Source: Hypanus sabinus (taxonomy: Eukaryota). From it: a stretch of DNA of 64,000 nt. Made by a program: the position numbers and the translations under genes. The notes below the pieces were generated by a model. That model ran no database searches. It was given only the letters and a program-made list of their open reading frames with translations, and was not told the DNA's origin. The stretch spans positions 42,346,001 to 42,410,000 of the forward strand of contig NC_082719.1 of assembly GCF_030144855.1 (NCBI RefSeq), in the 5' to 3' direction. Numbering within the stretch: position 1 is the first letter of the stretch; each line of letters begins with the position of its first letter. Of the stretch, positions 61,950 to 64,000 are shown one piece after another.

Positions 61950-62740
61950 ACATAGAACGGTACAATAAAGGTCCTTTGGCCCATCAGCTTGTGTCAATCT
62001 TTTATCCTACTCTATCATCAATCTAACCCTTTTTTTCTATGTAGTTCATAACCCTCCACGTTTTGTTCATTCAGGTGCCTTTCTAAGCGTTTCTTGAACA
62101 TTGCTAATGTATCAGCTTCTGCCATCACCCTTAGCAATGTGGTCCAGGCACTTTTCATTCTGCGTTAAAAACCTACCTGTGATATCTCCTCTAAACTTCC
62201 CTCCCTCCTCTTAAAAGATTGTCTTCTGGTATTAGTCATTGCTTTCCTAGAAAAAAAACACATAGTTGTCCTCTCTATATCTGCTATCTATGCCTCTTGT
62301 AATCTTGTGTACCTCATTCAAGTCACCTCTTATCCTCCGTTGGTCCAAAGGAAAAAACTTCAGTTCACTCAAACCTTCCTTATAAGACATGTTCACTCAT
62401 CCAGGAAGCATCCTGATAAATCTCCTCTGCAGCATCTCTAAACATTCCACATCTTTCCTATAACGAGGCAACCAGAACAGATCACAATACAGTGTGGTCT
62501 ACCCAGAGTTTTAGAGAGCTGCAACATTACCTCACATCTCTTGAACTCAAGCCCCACCCCCCCACAGCTAATGAAGGCCAACACACTATAGTCCTCCTTA
62601 ACCATCCTATCAACTTTTGCAGCAATTTTAATGGATCTATGGATATAGATCCCAAAATTCCTTTGTTCTGCCACGCTGCTACACATCTTCCATTTACTTT
62701 ATTATCAGCCTTCAATTTCAACCTTCCAATGTGTATCACT
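61950..62740 (-). mobile_element. CR1 3' fragment
   Basis: CR1 tail and the EVMLQL.KTL.RPH motif. Confidence 0.75.
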
Positions 62741-63559
62741 TGATATAGTTTGGAAGGTCAAACCTGAAGGTAGACTATTGAATAAATAGAAGTTGATGAG
62801 GAGTGACTGAGTCATCAGGCAGGTTATTTTCTTGAGTATACTATGTACTCATATGTAGGACTGGTGAAGTGTTGTAAATGTTCTTTTATCCCATCTTTAC
62901 TTCAGGTAAAATGTACTGACAACATAAATCAGAATCCAGCTTTCATTGTTAGGAGACTTTTGGCAAAGATTCTTCACCAATGTAAAACAACTCTATCCTT
63001 TAGAAAGTTTTAAAAGTTTGCTCTAACTCATGCATTCCAATTCATGTATACATAATGAAATGAAAACTAAAACATCTGACTGTACAAACAACAGGCAACC
63101 TCACATTTTTCCACATTATACTCCACCTGCTATATTTTCATTCTGTTTGTCCTGATAAAGCTTCTTTGAACCCTTGTCACAATTCCATTGAATTTTGTAT
63201 CATCAGTTACATAAATTTAGAAATGTAGGCTTCTGCCTTCTCAGCTTAAATTTATACTCTCCAGTTTTATAAACCCTACCATGGGTAATAGACTCTGGCT
63301 ATCTCCCCTATCTATGACTCTCATAATTATTGTCAACTCTTTTCAAATCCTTGGGATGTAGATCATCAGCTTTAAACTATTATTGTAAATAGTCTCAGGT
63401 TGTGGTTTCACATAGTGAAAAAAAAACTACGTTTATTTCCTCAAAATTCTATTTATTTCTGAAAGCAACTTTCATGTGTCCAATTCTGATTTTTCCTTTT
63501 ACCAATTTTCCGTTATCATTTTCCCATTTGAGATTCCAAAGAGTTGTGTGATACTGTTG

Positions 63560-64000
63560 AATAAGTCAAGAATTGTTCAAGTTGTTGCTTGTGTCACACT
63601 TGGAATATTATGTACAATTCTGGTGTAAGGTTGCAATTAATCTAGAGGAGATGCAGGAAAGATTCGCAAGAATGTTCCTTGGACTTGAGTGCCAGAGTTT
63701 ATGAAGAGATTGGACAGCTGAGAGAGTTCTCCCTGAATAGAAAATGACAAAGATTGATCTTTTGATAATAATACCTTCATTTATACAGCACCTTTCATAC
63801 CTTAAGATTAACTTTCATACATTGGATATTTCCTACAGTCTAAGACCAGAGGACACAGTCTCAAAATAGAGGGACATCTACCTACAATGGAGATGAAGTG
63901 GAATTTCTTTAGCCAGAGAGTGGTGAATTTGTGCAATTTGTTGCCACAGGCAGCTGTCATTAGGCATATTTAAGTCAGAGGTTGATCGATTCTTGATTAG
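63560..64000 (+). mobile_element. CR1 RT C-terminal fragments (run off the window)
   Basis: HLEYYVQFW and TRGHSLKI..FFSQRVVNL.NLLP. Confidence 0.75.

Overview
Eukaryotic, repeat-dense DNA (intronic or intergenic). The CR1, Rex1/Babar, V-SINE and Penelope repertoire points to a cartilaginous fish, probably a batoid ray (inference). There is no intact, recognisable protein-coding gene, rRNA, tRNA gene or CRISPR array, and most ORF-track entries are transposon fragments or noise. The window holds many decayed CR1 and Rex1/Babar LINE pieces, tRNA-derived SINEs, three solo LTRs with 4-bp target-site duplications (TSDs), a Chapaev3-type transposon end, a Tigger/pogo deletion derivative, two HERO-type (REL endonuclease) fragments and a 43-bp minisatellite. 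The main finding is a family of Penelope-like elements (RT plus GIY-YIG) whose pseudo-LTRs (pLTRs) carry an ultra-minimal type I hammerhead ribozyme (consensus CAGUC-CUGAYGA-A-GGGU-CUCG-GCCC-GAAA-CGUC/GACUG). About ten pLTR copies are present, and two keep an intact catalytic core. Two independent insertions show twin-priming-like inversions breaking at nearly the same point of the pLTR. Also noted: a perfect double hairpin at 1.2-1.3 kb, a duplicated exon-like segment, and a few splice-bounded candidate exons of unknown identity. All family assignments were made by eye from motifs, and element boundaries are approximate unless a TSD is given.
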